From: Cetorhinus maximus
Taxonomy: Eukaryota
Direction of reading: 5' to 3'
Assembly: GCF_964194155.1 (NCBI RefSeq)
Contig: NC_135879.1
Coordinates: 26,040,001-26,104,000, forward strand
Length of the DNA: 64,000 nucleotides
The notes beneath the pieces were generated by a model. That model was given only the letters and a program-made list of their open reading frames with translations. It was not told where the DNA came from and ran no database searches. Made by a program: the position numbers and the translations under genes. The number at the start of each line of letters is the position of its first letter. The first letter of the stretch is position 1. Below are positions 50,523-61,875 of the stretch, in pieces.

Positions 50523-51154
50523 TACCAGGGTAACAGAAGGCTATCTAATACCTGGAAGGGTCCACACGGTCCAAATCCTCCGGGGGCCTTGGAGACACCA
50601 AGGAGTCCTGAAATGAAGCCTGCAAATGCTACAAATGAAAACCTGAACAGAGATGAAGCTGCCAAGTACCAATAAGTCACCAGCAACAAACTATGTACCA
50701 AACTCCCCACTACTGACACTGGCAATGCAGCTCACTCCTTTTATCCCGCCCGTGGATGAAGTTTTTGAAAATGTCGGCTGGTTGCCTGCCCCTTTTGCTC
50801 GTGCGATGAGCGCAAAATCGCACGGGCAACAAAAAATCGCTGTCAGTTGGATTGGTAATGGCCTTAAGTGGACTTTTAATTAATGGCTGGCGCAACTCCA
50901 GCACCCGCTTGCGCCCACCGAACCCGAAATGTCGCGCAAGTGCACAATGACATCGGGACGCTCACCCGACATCATCGCCCGCTATTTTACGCCCAATTGG
51001 GTTTTGGGCACTGGCATTTCAGATGCCAGTGCCCAAGTCATTAAAAATTGGGCACAGCATGTATGTGTCTCTTTTAGGTTAACTAGTTTTATAGTAGCCT
51101 AAACAACAGGCCATAAAAGAACGGCTGGAGGCTACAGAGCAACAGGTAAATCTT

Positions 51155-51292
51155 TATGAAAGCAAAACACTGCGGATGCTGGATATCTGAAATAAAAACA
51201 GGAAATGCTGGAAAAACTCAGCAGGTCTGGCAGCATCTGTGGAGAGAGAAGAAGAATTAATGTTTTGAATCCTTATGACTGCTCTTCAGAAG
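51155..51292 (-). mobile_element. Penelope 3'-end fragment
   Basis: AAAGCAAAACACTGCGGATGCTGG..AAAACTCAGCAGGTCTGGCAGCATCTGTGGAGAG, same as 38633-38760. A more degraded copy lies at ~704-800. Confidence 0.8.
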
Positions 51293-51423
51293 AAATTTTC
51301 ATCTTTTCATGTGGAGGATAGAAAGCAGGAATGCCATTCTTGGATGCACAGCAATGCCACTGCCTGCTATTGTGCTCATTCCCCTCCCATTACTTCACCG
51401 CCTCTCCACTCCCAGCTTGGAGA

Positions 51424-51790
51424 GGTGGTGGCATAGTGGTATTGTTACTGGACTTGTAAATTCAGGGACCCAGGGTAATTCTCTGGGGACCTGGGTTTGA
51501 ATCTCCACCATGTCAGATGGTGGAATTTGAATTCAATAAAAAAGAAAAACTCTGGAATTAGAAGTCTAATGATGATTATGAAACCATTGCAGATTGTTGT
51601 TAAAAACCCATCTGGTTCACTAATGTCCTTTAGGGAAGGAAATCTGCTGCTCTTACCTGGTCTGGCCTACATGTGACTCCAGACCCACAATGTGGTTACC
51701 TCTTAAATGCCCCCTGAAGAAGGCAATTAGGGATGGGCAATAAATGCTGGCCAAGTCAGTGATGCCCACATCCCATGAATGAAAAAAAAA
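51424..51790 (+). mobile_element. HE1-like tRNA-derived SINE
   Basis: Pol III A box TGGCATAGTGG, B box GGTTTGAATC, core AAAAACCCATCTGGTTCACTAATGTCCTTTAGGGAAGGAAATCTGC, and 3' tail identical to the HER1-like LINE. Confidence 0.85.
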
Positions 51791-52609
51791 CCCACCTGTG
51801 GGCTGTCCAAATTTTGAGAAGGTGCCCAATCAGAAACCTGTATCAAGTGACTGATGTTATATAGGCGAAGCCAAACTTCTAGTGAGCCTCTGGCCTTTAT
51901 CTTTGTTGTAGGCCCATTGCTGTGCCCACTTTGTGCTGTTTTCCAGTGGGGAAGCAATTTCATCAGCTATGAGTAGCTAGGGACCAACAGGCCCCTATTA
52001 ATCACCATACAACCATCCCAGAATAGACCCTGGCCAATTTTGTGGCTATTAATTTAAATGGGGAGACAATTAGACAGACTCTGATATGGGTGTAAAACTC
52101 GCATGCCTAATTTCCCATTATGTGCTCCACACAGTTGATCATCTACACACAAGCACAACAACAGGGAACTTCTGGCATGCATCCCACACTAATGACACTG
52201 GTCATGTTTAACTCAGTGTGCTAACGCTAAGAATCTATCGCTGCTTAATGATTAATCAAGTTATCATATCCCATTAAAAATTCTACTTTCGGTGTGTCCT
52301 GCGGTTTATTGACTTTAATTGTCACAAAAATGATTCCTCGTTGAACAAATTGAATTGAGCATGCCAATAATCCTGAAAAAACAATTGAACATCACAGCAG
52401 ACCACCAAAAAATCATGACTTATTGGATTCCATTGTATTCCCAAGGAACCAGCATAGATTGGGGAGGAATTACAACAGACACAAAGGCAGTAGACTGCTA
52501 GGTAATTGTGATGGACATGGCGCATTCACGTAGAGCATGCACATAGCCACTATAACTGACTCAAAATTAAGGATACATACACAGATACCGAACTGTTGAA
52601 GAATCTACA

Positions 52610-53125
52610 GAATCATAAAATTTACAGTACAGTGGATATGTATTCAGCTTAACTGCCATCTACTTGTGTAACTGTTCGAATGGGGCTGTCTGCTTTAATA
52701 CTAATCATCCTTTCTCTGTATCCTTTTAAATTCATCCTTTTCAAATGCTTGCCCACTTCTGATAGCACCTACTTCAACAGCCATCTGTAGTAAAGCACTC
52801 CATGTTCTACTAATCATTTATGTGCAAAGTGCCTTCTAACTTCCTTCTTCATTCTTCTCAGGACAGTCCTGACTCTCTTTCTCCATGACAGTTTCCAATG
52901 GTTAACTACTTTCTAACTGGTTAGCCTCTCAATAGTTTGAAAATCTCTGTTACATCCATCCAGAGCCTTTCCTATTACAGTACAAAATCATCCAATTTTT
53001 CAAACATTTTTTCATAAGTATAACCTTTTATTCCAAGTAAAATTTTAGTGATCCTTTTCTGTACCCCTTCCATGGGTCTACCTTCCTTCCTGTAATGTGG
53101 AACAGAAGATTTCACTCACTACTCC
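52610..53125 (-). mobile_element. Very old CR1/L2-type LINE 3' remnant
   Basis: AGAATCATAAAATTTACAGTAC start and degenerate ...TACTCCAGTTGTAGC motif, typical of minus-strand CR1 tails. Confidence 0.45.
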
Positions 53126-56100
53126 AGTTGTAGCTTAGTTTAGTAGCCTGGATTTTGCTGTCATAATAATGATGAGGCTAGCAGCACTTATCCTTATTAT
53201 AGGGTAAATTTGACAGCAACTTGTGGCATCTACATGTGCAATTAAACATGGGTTTTAGCACCCCGCCCTCCCCCCCCCCAATCAACCGGCATATTTGAAG
53301 ATGGCGGGGGGGGCAAGTAAAATAAAGCGAGTGGCCAGCCCATTGCCTTCCCGCCCAACTCCAATCTGTCCCGCATGTTACAGTGGGCAGGTAAGGCTTC
53401 AGGTAGCCAACTCGCCCTTAGGCCTATTGAAGCCCTAAAGTGGCCGATTAAGGGCCACATAGGGACCTCATTACACCGCTGCCACAACATGGGGCTTTGG
53501 AAGGCAGAAGGAAGGCAGGCAGTCCGGCAAATTTCAAAGCACAGTTAAAGTGGGACGGAAGGGGATACCTCTTTTGGAGGGTCCCCACTGCCCATCGCAG
53601 GCTCCCTTCCCAGGATGGTTCACCCCCTTTGTACCTCCTCCACAGGCCTCTAAAACCCAATGCCCCATTCCCCTTCCCCCCCTCGCTAGGATCCCCACTC
53701 CCTCCGTGACCAAAATCCTTTAACTTAACTTTAAGTCAGGGAGACATCTTCTTTCTTCTTGGTGACTACTTATAATCCCAGCAGTGGCCACTACTTGCTT
53801 CTGGAGCTGCTGAGACTACAGAGCTGCTGGCCATTCAGATTTCTGGCACCTCTCAAGGGCGGGACTTCCTGTCCCTGACGCGCAGAGGTCCCAGCAATGT
53901 AGTTAAAGCTGCCCCTAGCATATTATAACTATGGAGCAGCCAGATTTAAAGTCGGCGAGCTGGCAACTGACTTTTCAACATGGGCTCACCATCCAATTAA
54001 GGTTGGCAGGTGGGCTCCTGACACTGGATGGCCAATGCTTGGTACTGCAGTACTGGAGAGAGTGACGGCCAGGTGATGCAGGTGAGGGAGAGAGGGGACA
54101 CCTCAAGATGAAGGAACTCTCTCAGTATGACCAAAGGTTTTAAAAATAAAAGTTTACACCAGCCAGACCACCCATTTTTATCATCAGCAATGGGGACGAG
54201 GAGATGAGGCGGGGTTTAAATGTTTCTCAGGCACTGCTCTCCCCACCGGCCCCCAGCACATTAATTGGCCATTCCTTTGAAAATCATGTCTGGTGACTAC
54301 TTTGCACACAGTGTGGGAACAGTACCTGGATTTGATCCAAGTTTTGGGAGCTTAATTCCAAAACATAAAAATTTGCCCACTGTATTAAAAAGTTCATGGG
54401 ACTAAGCGCTGTCCCACTGTGAAATTCACCCCATGGAATTCCCGAAGTTGCTGTCAGGAATACACTGCTCCTTCACAGGGTGTGTTGTTACAGTCCTCAC
54501 TGAAAGACTTGGCATTATCATTGTAATGGCGTGAACTTGGGGTACTTTCCCATTAGTTCATGCTAAAGTTGGCTAAGAAGGCTAAGCATAACAAATAATT
54601 TTCTTTTATCTTTGAACACAAGTGTTCTCAACTTCTAGATCTTTGGTACAATTGTTTCCAAAGATTGTTTGTAAAATTATGATTAAATTTAGTCTTCTCC
54701 CGTTCCTTCAATATGCTGGGATGCGTACCGCCGGGATCTATTGGCTTTCCTATTCCTAGCTCCATGAACTAAAAAATACTGTGGGCAAGATTTTTGATTT
54801 GGAGTCAAGTTCCCAAAACTGGGATCAAATCTGGATCCTGTTCCCACACCGTGTCTGAAATAGTCACCAGGAATGATTTTCAATGGAATAACCAATTAAT
54901 GGCTGAAACGCCATCCAATTAAGGTTGGCAGGTGGGCTCCTGACACTGGATGGCCAACACTTGGTACTCCAGCACTGAGAGAGTGACTGCCTGATGGCGC
55001 AGGTAAGGGAGAGAGAAGGCACCTCAAGATGAAGGCACTCTCTCAGTACCACCAAATCTTTTAAACATAAAAGTTTACATCAGCCAGACCATCATTTTTT
55101 ATCATCAGCATTGGGGATGAGAGGGAGTTTAAAGCCCTAGAGCACTACCCCCTCACCCCACCTCCCTCGTTTCACTGGCCAAAGCAGGTGGCTCATTTGC
55201 TAGCATGGGAGAGGGGCCTTAATAAACCTCCTAACTGCTTTTCTTATCAACCCAACACTTGAGGGCGGGTAGCCATTTCACCCCCAGTCCAGCCTGTTTC
55301 AAGATGGTCAGAGATTGGATTATACTGGCACATAAACCAGTGAGGGTGGGGGGGCTGGAGGGGGGTGGGATTCCGGGACCACAAGACCCCCGTCCCACCC
55401 CCACCGACCAGTGCAAATTCCTGTCTTTTTTAATATTCATCTTTCAACATCCTCCTCAGTCATACTACCTCCCTCTGTCTGTTTTCACTATTCCCTCATT
55501 CTTAATACAAAATGGCCACCCCATCTTTAAATGGTCTCGCCATTCTTTTAGTTTCTTTCCTTACATGTTGAATTATAATGCTGTTTCATACTCCTAATTC
55601 TAGCCTTCCTAATCTTTGTCCTTTTGTTTCTTTCCTTTTACACTGTTTATACTTTTCTTCTGAACCCTTCTATACTTATCTTGAGCTTCCTTTTCAAACA
55701 GGGTACTTTTGATTTTGAACAAATGAGCCACATTGTCGAAACGAAAATCAGGAGAGGCATATGACATGTAACAGATCCAATATCACCTACATTATGCTGT
55801 CACCCAAAGGCAAACTTACTCCCATTTTATTTCTCTCATTTTGACATATTCCCTTTGGTCCTCTGAGTAAGAATGCATTTTGCCTGTACCTTTCTCCTCT
55901 GCCATTTCAATATTTCTAACTGCTCTTCCAGCTGTTTGATCTTCCTTCTTTTCACCAATTCATCTCCTTCCATATCATTGAAATTAGCTAATTTCCAGTC
56001 CCAGCAGCTTTATTTTAAGCTTCAATTGGCCTTTGCTTATTTTACAAAGTGAGTATAATTAGGTTGTGTCACCATTTTCCATGTGCTGTCCTACTTGCAG

Positions 56101-56157
56101 ATTGCATGTTTGTCCTTCTTCGTTACTCAGAATATTTTATTTTTAACCAAACACATT

Positions 56158-56820
56158 GGCCAGAATTTTACATCCCACGCGCGCCCGACCTGAACAGACA
56201 TGAAATAGCGCCAGGTGATGTCGGGCGAGTGTCCTGATGTCATGGCGTGCTCGCGATATTTTGCTCGGCGGTTCGCACGCGTCAGTCGGAAGCGCGTCTG
56301 CCGACAATTAAACAGGCCAGTAAGCCGATTAATGATGCTATTAACTAGGGATTTCACGTGGCCCGTCCGCATTTACGGTTGGCAGATGGGCCATTCTCCC
56401 AGGCGGCATTCACATCTTTGCCCAAACCTCAATCCAGGGCGGGATGCAATCTCCATGGAGAAATAAAATAAAAAGAGATATCTGGGGATTGGCTTTTTAT
56501 GAGGTCTGCTTTCAGGGCTTGGTTGTGCTGCATGGACATCTTTTGCAGCATTTTTGTCATTTCCTTCATTCTGTGGAGGTCTGCAGCTCCCTGGGGCAGC
56601 TGCCTGCCTTCAGGGGGCTTACTATAAGCGCTCAGCCGCACCCTCAGTTATGCGGGTGCCCACCCTCTTCCCGCCCCTACCCCAACAGCGCTGAGCATGT
56701 CTCAGTGCACGTTTCGCACTAGCTGGCTGTTAATTGGCCAGCCAGTGTGAAATCGCAGCCAGGGACCCATTTCCCATCCACTTCTGGGAGCGCACGCCTG
56801 ACGAATGAAAAATTCTAGCC
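56158..56820. mobile_element. Harbinger-type MITE
   Basis: TIRs GGCCAGAATTTT / AAAATTCTAGCC, exact ATT duplication, TGATGTCGGG..CCTGATGTCA subterminal box. Confidence 0.85.
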
Positions 56821-56899
56821 ATTGACACACAACTTGACTGAGTAATGAGGGTAACCCCTGGAACTCTGAAATCAACTCCAGTTCAGTGGTTAACAGTCC

Positions 56900-58200
56900 T
56901 CTCAAATATTTCCTCTCCCTCCATTTGACGGGATGCAACAACACGCAGAGAAATAACTCATATCAGCAGCATCGTGGACCTCCCCATCCACAGAGACCTT
57001 CAAGACCCCCAAGACCCCCAACTCATCACATGGCTCTATGAAACTCCCACTAGATGTAAATCGAACATCTCAAATTCCATAACACTGGAGGAAAGCTTGG
57101 GCAGAAAACATCCTCCCAAATAAACACATTGTCTCCGACTCGACTTCTCAGCAACCAGGCTTCCATCTCTCCCAGGGCACGTGGACAACCTTCAATAGAA
57201 TAGGAATTGGACATGGTCAATGTGGCCACCTGGTGCACAAGTGGCACTTCAAAATCTCACCTGGATGTGACTGCAGAAACTCTGATCAAACAATGGAGCA
57301 CAGTTCCTCAGCGTCGTGTCCTAGGCCCAACCATCTTCAACTGTTTCATCAATGATTTTCCTTCCATCATAAGGTCAGAAGTGGGGAAGTTCATTGATGA
57401 TTGCACAATGTTCAGCACCATTCGCAACCCCTCAGATACTGAAGCAGCCCATGTCCAAACGCAGCCAGATCTGGACAATATCCAGGCTTGAGCTGACAAG
57501 TGGCAAATAACATTTGTGCCACACCGGTGTTCATTTGTGTGATGGAATACTTTCCTGGATGAGTGCTGGTCCAGCCACACTCGAGAAGCTCTGTGCCATC
57601 TCGGAGAAAGCCGCCCGCTTGATTGGCACCCCATCAACAAACATTCATTCCTTTCACCGCCGACGCACAGTGGCAGCTGTGTGTACCATCTGCAAGATGG
57701 ACTGCAGAAACTCACTAAGGCTCCTTAGAAAGCACCTTTCAGACCCACGACTGCTACCATTTAGAAGGATAAAGGCAGCAGATGCATGGGAATACCATCA
57801 TCTTGAAGTGCCCCTCCAAGCCACACACCATCTTGACTTGGAAATATATTGCCATTCCTTCACTGTCGCTGGGTCAAAATCCTGGAACTCCCTCCCTAAG
57901 AGCACCGTGGGTGTACCTACACCACATGGACTGCAGCAGTTCAAGAAGGTAGATCACCATCACCTTCTCAAGGCAATTAGGGATGGGCAATAAACGCCGA
58001 CCTAGCCAATGACGCCCACATCCCATGAATGAATTTTAAAAAGTAACATCTTGCTGCTGACTCAAGTTTGAAGATGACATCCTGGAGCTACATTTGCTCT
58101 CCAGCAAGGCTTTGGACTGGTTAGGGAACTTGACATTAAAACTGTGATGACAACTTCTGCTCCTAAAGCCACACAAAAGAAAGAGGGAGAAGACTCAGAG
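56900..58200 (+). mobile_element. Vingi/Ingi (I-group)-like LINE 3' fragment, split by a HER1-like insertion
   Basis: Reads DLPIHRDL..QQPGFHLSQGTWTTFNRIGIGHGQCGHLVHKWHFKISPGCDCRNSDQTMEH, and after 58043 KFEDDILELHLLSSKALDWLGNL. Confidence 0.7.
57303..58042 (+). mobile_element. HER1-like CR1 LINE 3' fragment
   Basis: VPQRRVLGPTIFNCFINDFPSIIRSEVGKFIDD plus the shared tail. Confidence 0.88.
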
Positions 58201-58401
58201 CTAGATCTAACACTGCATCTGTCCTTCTTGTACATGCAACATACTTCTCAGATGACAGTTCTTGATGCAATTTAAACATCCCTCCATGAACATTTGTCTT
58301 TTACAGTAGGATAGTTTTAGTTAAAGTGTTCCATTATTACAATTAACCATTTAATCCTCAATTTCCTTTCTACTGTTCAATGGTCTAAAATGCATTCCAA
58401 T

Positions 58402-59190
58402 ATAGAAACATAGAAACTAGGAGCAGGAGTAGGCCATTCGGCCCTTTGAGCCCACTACACCATTCAATATGATCATGGATGATCATCTATCTCAACGCCA
58501 TATTCCCGCTTTCTCTCTATACCCCTCGATGCCCTTAATATCCAAAAATGTGTCAATTTCATTCTTGAATGTACTCAGTGACCCAGCCTCCACAGCCTTC
58601 TGTGGTAGAGAATTCCACAAGTTGACCACCCTCTGAGTGAAGAAACTTTTCCTCATCTCAGCCCTAAATGGCCTGCCCCATATCCTGAGACTGTGGCCCC
58701 TGGTTCTAGACTCCCCAATCAGAGGAAACAGCCTCCCTGCATCCAGTCTGTCGAGCCCTGTTAGAATTGGATAGGTTTCAATCAGATCCCCTCTCCTTCT
58801 AAACTCTAGTGAATACAGGCCCAGTTGAACCAATCTCTCTTCATACGACAGTCCTGCCATCCCCGGTATCAGCCTAGAGAACCTTTGCTGCCCTCCCTCT
58901 ATTGCAAGTATATCCTTTCCTAGGTAGGGAGATCAAAACTGCGCACAATATTCCAGATGTGGTCTCACCAAAGCCCTGTATAACTGCAGTAAGACATCCC
59001 TACTCCTGAATTCAAATCCTCTTGCAATGAAGGTCAACATACCAGTTGCCTTCCTAATTGCTTGCTGCACCTGCCTATTTACTTTCAGTGACTGGTGTAC
59101 AAGGACACCCAGGTCCCTTTGTACATCCACATTTCCCAAAATATCACCATTTAACTAATACTCTGCCTTTCTGTTTTTCACACTGAAGTG
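58402..59190 (-). mobile_element. CR1 LINE 3' portion (second family)
   Basis: QRDLGVLVHQSLK..LYRALVRPHLEYCAQF, LSYEERL..LGLYSLE..RGDLIETY, FFTQRVVNLWNSLP; TTTCTATGTTTCTAT-type tail. Confidence 0.9.
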
Positions 59191-59567
59191 TATAATGAAG
59201 CGTATAACGGAGACAGATTGCATCTTATTTCTTAATTGTGTCTTGACACATTAGGCAGGCATATTGCTATTAGACCACCGAGGAAATCCATATATTGTGA
59301 ACACGATGATGCCATCAGGGAGCACAAATTTTGAAACTATAGTCATGTTGTTATACCTTTCTCTAGCAGAACCTCTAGTGGCAAGAGCTTGCGCATGGAA
59401 TCTTATTAGCCAGAGATGTTGTTGCGCTCCAGCTACCACAGTTCTGGTTGATTAGGAAACTCTCCCACTCCTATCAGCTGCCATAGGCGTATCAGAAGCA
59501 ATTTATAGGTTGATAATCAAAAACTCTTTGGCCACATTATGAACACACCTTCCATAGGCATCAAATT

Positions 59568-60251
59568 GGGAGAGAATTTTCTCCCCGTTGGGCGGGCCGG
59601 TCAGGAGCGGGCGCTGGTGAGTGCAGAGCTGATTGCCACCCGCGATCGGCTGTGCGCCGCCATTTTACATGGGCAGGCCAATTAAGGCCCGCCCAGCATG
59701 ACAAGCGCCCGACAGCACTCAGCACCACCTGTGCGGGCGGGGGGAGAAGGGAGAGCCGGGGCCTGCGCTCTTTAGCGCATGCACGTGAAAGAGCGCAGAA
59801 ATCTCCCTGAGGCACAGAGCTGCCTCAGGGAGATTAAGTTCAATTTCAAAATTCAAAATAAAGAAAGTGAAAAATCATTTACACATGTCCCCTCATGTGA
59901 CAGTGTTACATGAGCTGGGACATGTTTATCAAATGTTTGAAAAATATTTATTAATTTAATAAGCCTGTCATGAAACTTCACCCCACCTGTGGATGAGGTT
60001 TCATGAAAAATATGAAGGCCTGGCCCCCTCTCCTGCTTGCCAACCTTAAGATTGGACGGGCAGCCCTGTCAATTGGGTAAATTAGTTAATTAATAGCCTT
60101 TGACAGTTCAGTGGGCACGTAGCTGATTCCGGCGTGGAGTCGCCGAACGGAAGATCGGAATGACGCGCGGTGACATCAGGACGCACGCCCGACGTCACTG
60201 CGCATCAGGGTGCAGAGCCTGCATCCGCAAGCCAAACAGAAAATTCAGCCC
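59568..60251. mobile_element. Harbinger-type MITE, same family as 3845-4547
   Basis: Ends GGGAGAGAATTTTCT / AGAAAATTCAGCCC; same ordered internal blocks and hairpins as 3845-4547. Confidence 0.8.
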
Positions 60252-60509
60252 CCGAAGTGGGAATTGAACCAAGAACCTCCAGCTCAGAGATAATAAAGCT
60301 ATCACTGCACCACAGGACCTTCTTATTCGTTACTATACCAAACTATTAGTGGACAGCAAATGAATCACAACATCAGTGGTAAGAATTCTAAGCTGAATTG
60401 TTTGTCACATAATTGCTAAAGTTATTTTATTTCATTGCAATATTCCATGACTCATCGATAAAAAATTAGCAAGCTGTCCATGTATTGCAATGGCAACAAA
60501 ATAGTAAGT

Positions 60510-60750
60510 GAAATAAAAACAGAAAACACTGGAAATAGTCAGGAGGCCTGACAGCATCTGTGGAGAGAGAAACAGAGTTAAGGTTTCAAGTCGAATATGA
60601 TGCTTCATCAGAATCGTTCTGATGAAGAGTCATATTTGACCTGAAAAATTAACTCTGTTGTTGTTCTCTCCACAGATGCTGCCAGACCTGCTGTGTATTT
60701 TCAGCACTTTGTTTTTCTTTCAGATTTCCAGCGTCTGCAGCATTGTGTTT
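60510..60750. mobile_element. Palindromic mini-Penelope with CTGATGA hammerhead-like cores
   Basis: Left half is the approximate reverse complement of the right half around ~60614. TCATCAG at ~60605-60611 and CTGATGA at 60619-60625. Confidence 0.8.
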
Positions 60751-60751
60751 T

Positions 60752-60960
60752 GGGGGTCGGTTAGCTCAGCCGGCTGGAAGGCTGGTTTATCATACAGAGT
60801 GATGCCAACAGTATCGGTTCAATTCTTGTGCCAGCTAAGGTCATCCATGAAGGCCTTCTCAACCTCAGCTGAGGTGTGGTGACCCTCAGGTTAAACTCAC
60901 CCACCAGTCATCTCTCTCTATTGAGAGAACAAGCTCTGGGACTACAGCAACTTTCATTTC
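60752..60960 (+). mobile_element. tRNA-derived SINE
   Basis: A box TAGCTCAGCCGG, B box GGTTCAATTC, body GAGGTGTGGTGACCCTCAGGTTAAAC. Confidence 0.65.
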
Positions 60961-61875
60961 AGTAAGTGAATTTGTTAGCTGGACTGGGGGTAAAAACAAG
61001 ACCCATTAATCTCCTTGTGCCTGCAAGTGCAGCTATTGAGATGTTTTTTGTAAGATTCAAACTGAAAACTAAAAATCAAGTAAAAGTTGCAAAAATGTCA
61101 TCCCACCTCCAAGGTCAGAGAATAGGTAAAACCGCTAGCATACTTTCAATCTAGGAATACTAAACGCAAAGATTTCTACTAAAGAGGCTCTGAATGGATT
61201 TATGGTGTTGATCCAAAGAGAAAAGAGAAAAAATCTTTCCCCTGAGTCCATCACCCCCAGGAAACTTAAAATATATTGGACTCCGTAAATTAACAGGAAT
61301 TTACACAGATTAACACAAAGGCAGAGAAATTGGATGGATTGATAGAAACAAGATGGCTAGTTGGCTTGATGTATATTCCAGGAAATTGAGTCAGACAGTA
61401 AGAATCTATTAAAATAGAAAAACAACACTTTCCTGACACTCAATTCCTTATCATTATTACAAGCGAAAAACACAGAAATAAGAATGCGCAAACATCTGAA
61501 CTGGACTAAAATTCAGACATTTGTAAATTACTCCACATAGTTTCAGCTCAGATTACTTTCAATTGTCAAAGCCTTTGGGAGCTCATCCTTGATAACAGGC
61601 ATTAATTTGCAATAAGTGGCAAGACTGTGAGAGATGGAAGAGTCATTCTGGTGCAGTAGGTCTGTGTGAAGGGATGAATCTTATAGTTTTTATCCTCGTC
61701 ATTCCTGATCTGGGAGCCAGTTCCACTTCTAGATGAGAATGGAAAAATATTGCATTTCCCAGTGCGGTTACATCCCCACGTTAATGAAATCCAGTGTGCA
61801 TAACACAAATGGCACAACTGATCTCTGTTTAACTTATCATTGAATGGCGACTGGTGAAAATTTGATAATTACTGT

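Larger units (their letters stand above)
45378..51053. mobile_element. Composite PIF/Harbinger element in the last intron
   Basis: Left end GGGCAGAATC; Myb-like gene on + and transposase on - (convergent); subterminal TGACATCGGG..CCCGACATCA box at ~50948-50974. Right boundary approximate. Confidence 0.8.

Noticed and set aside
51424-51510. tRNA gene (also 60752-60830)
   Set aside because: A and B boxes continue into SINE bodies and do not form a cloverleaf.
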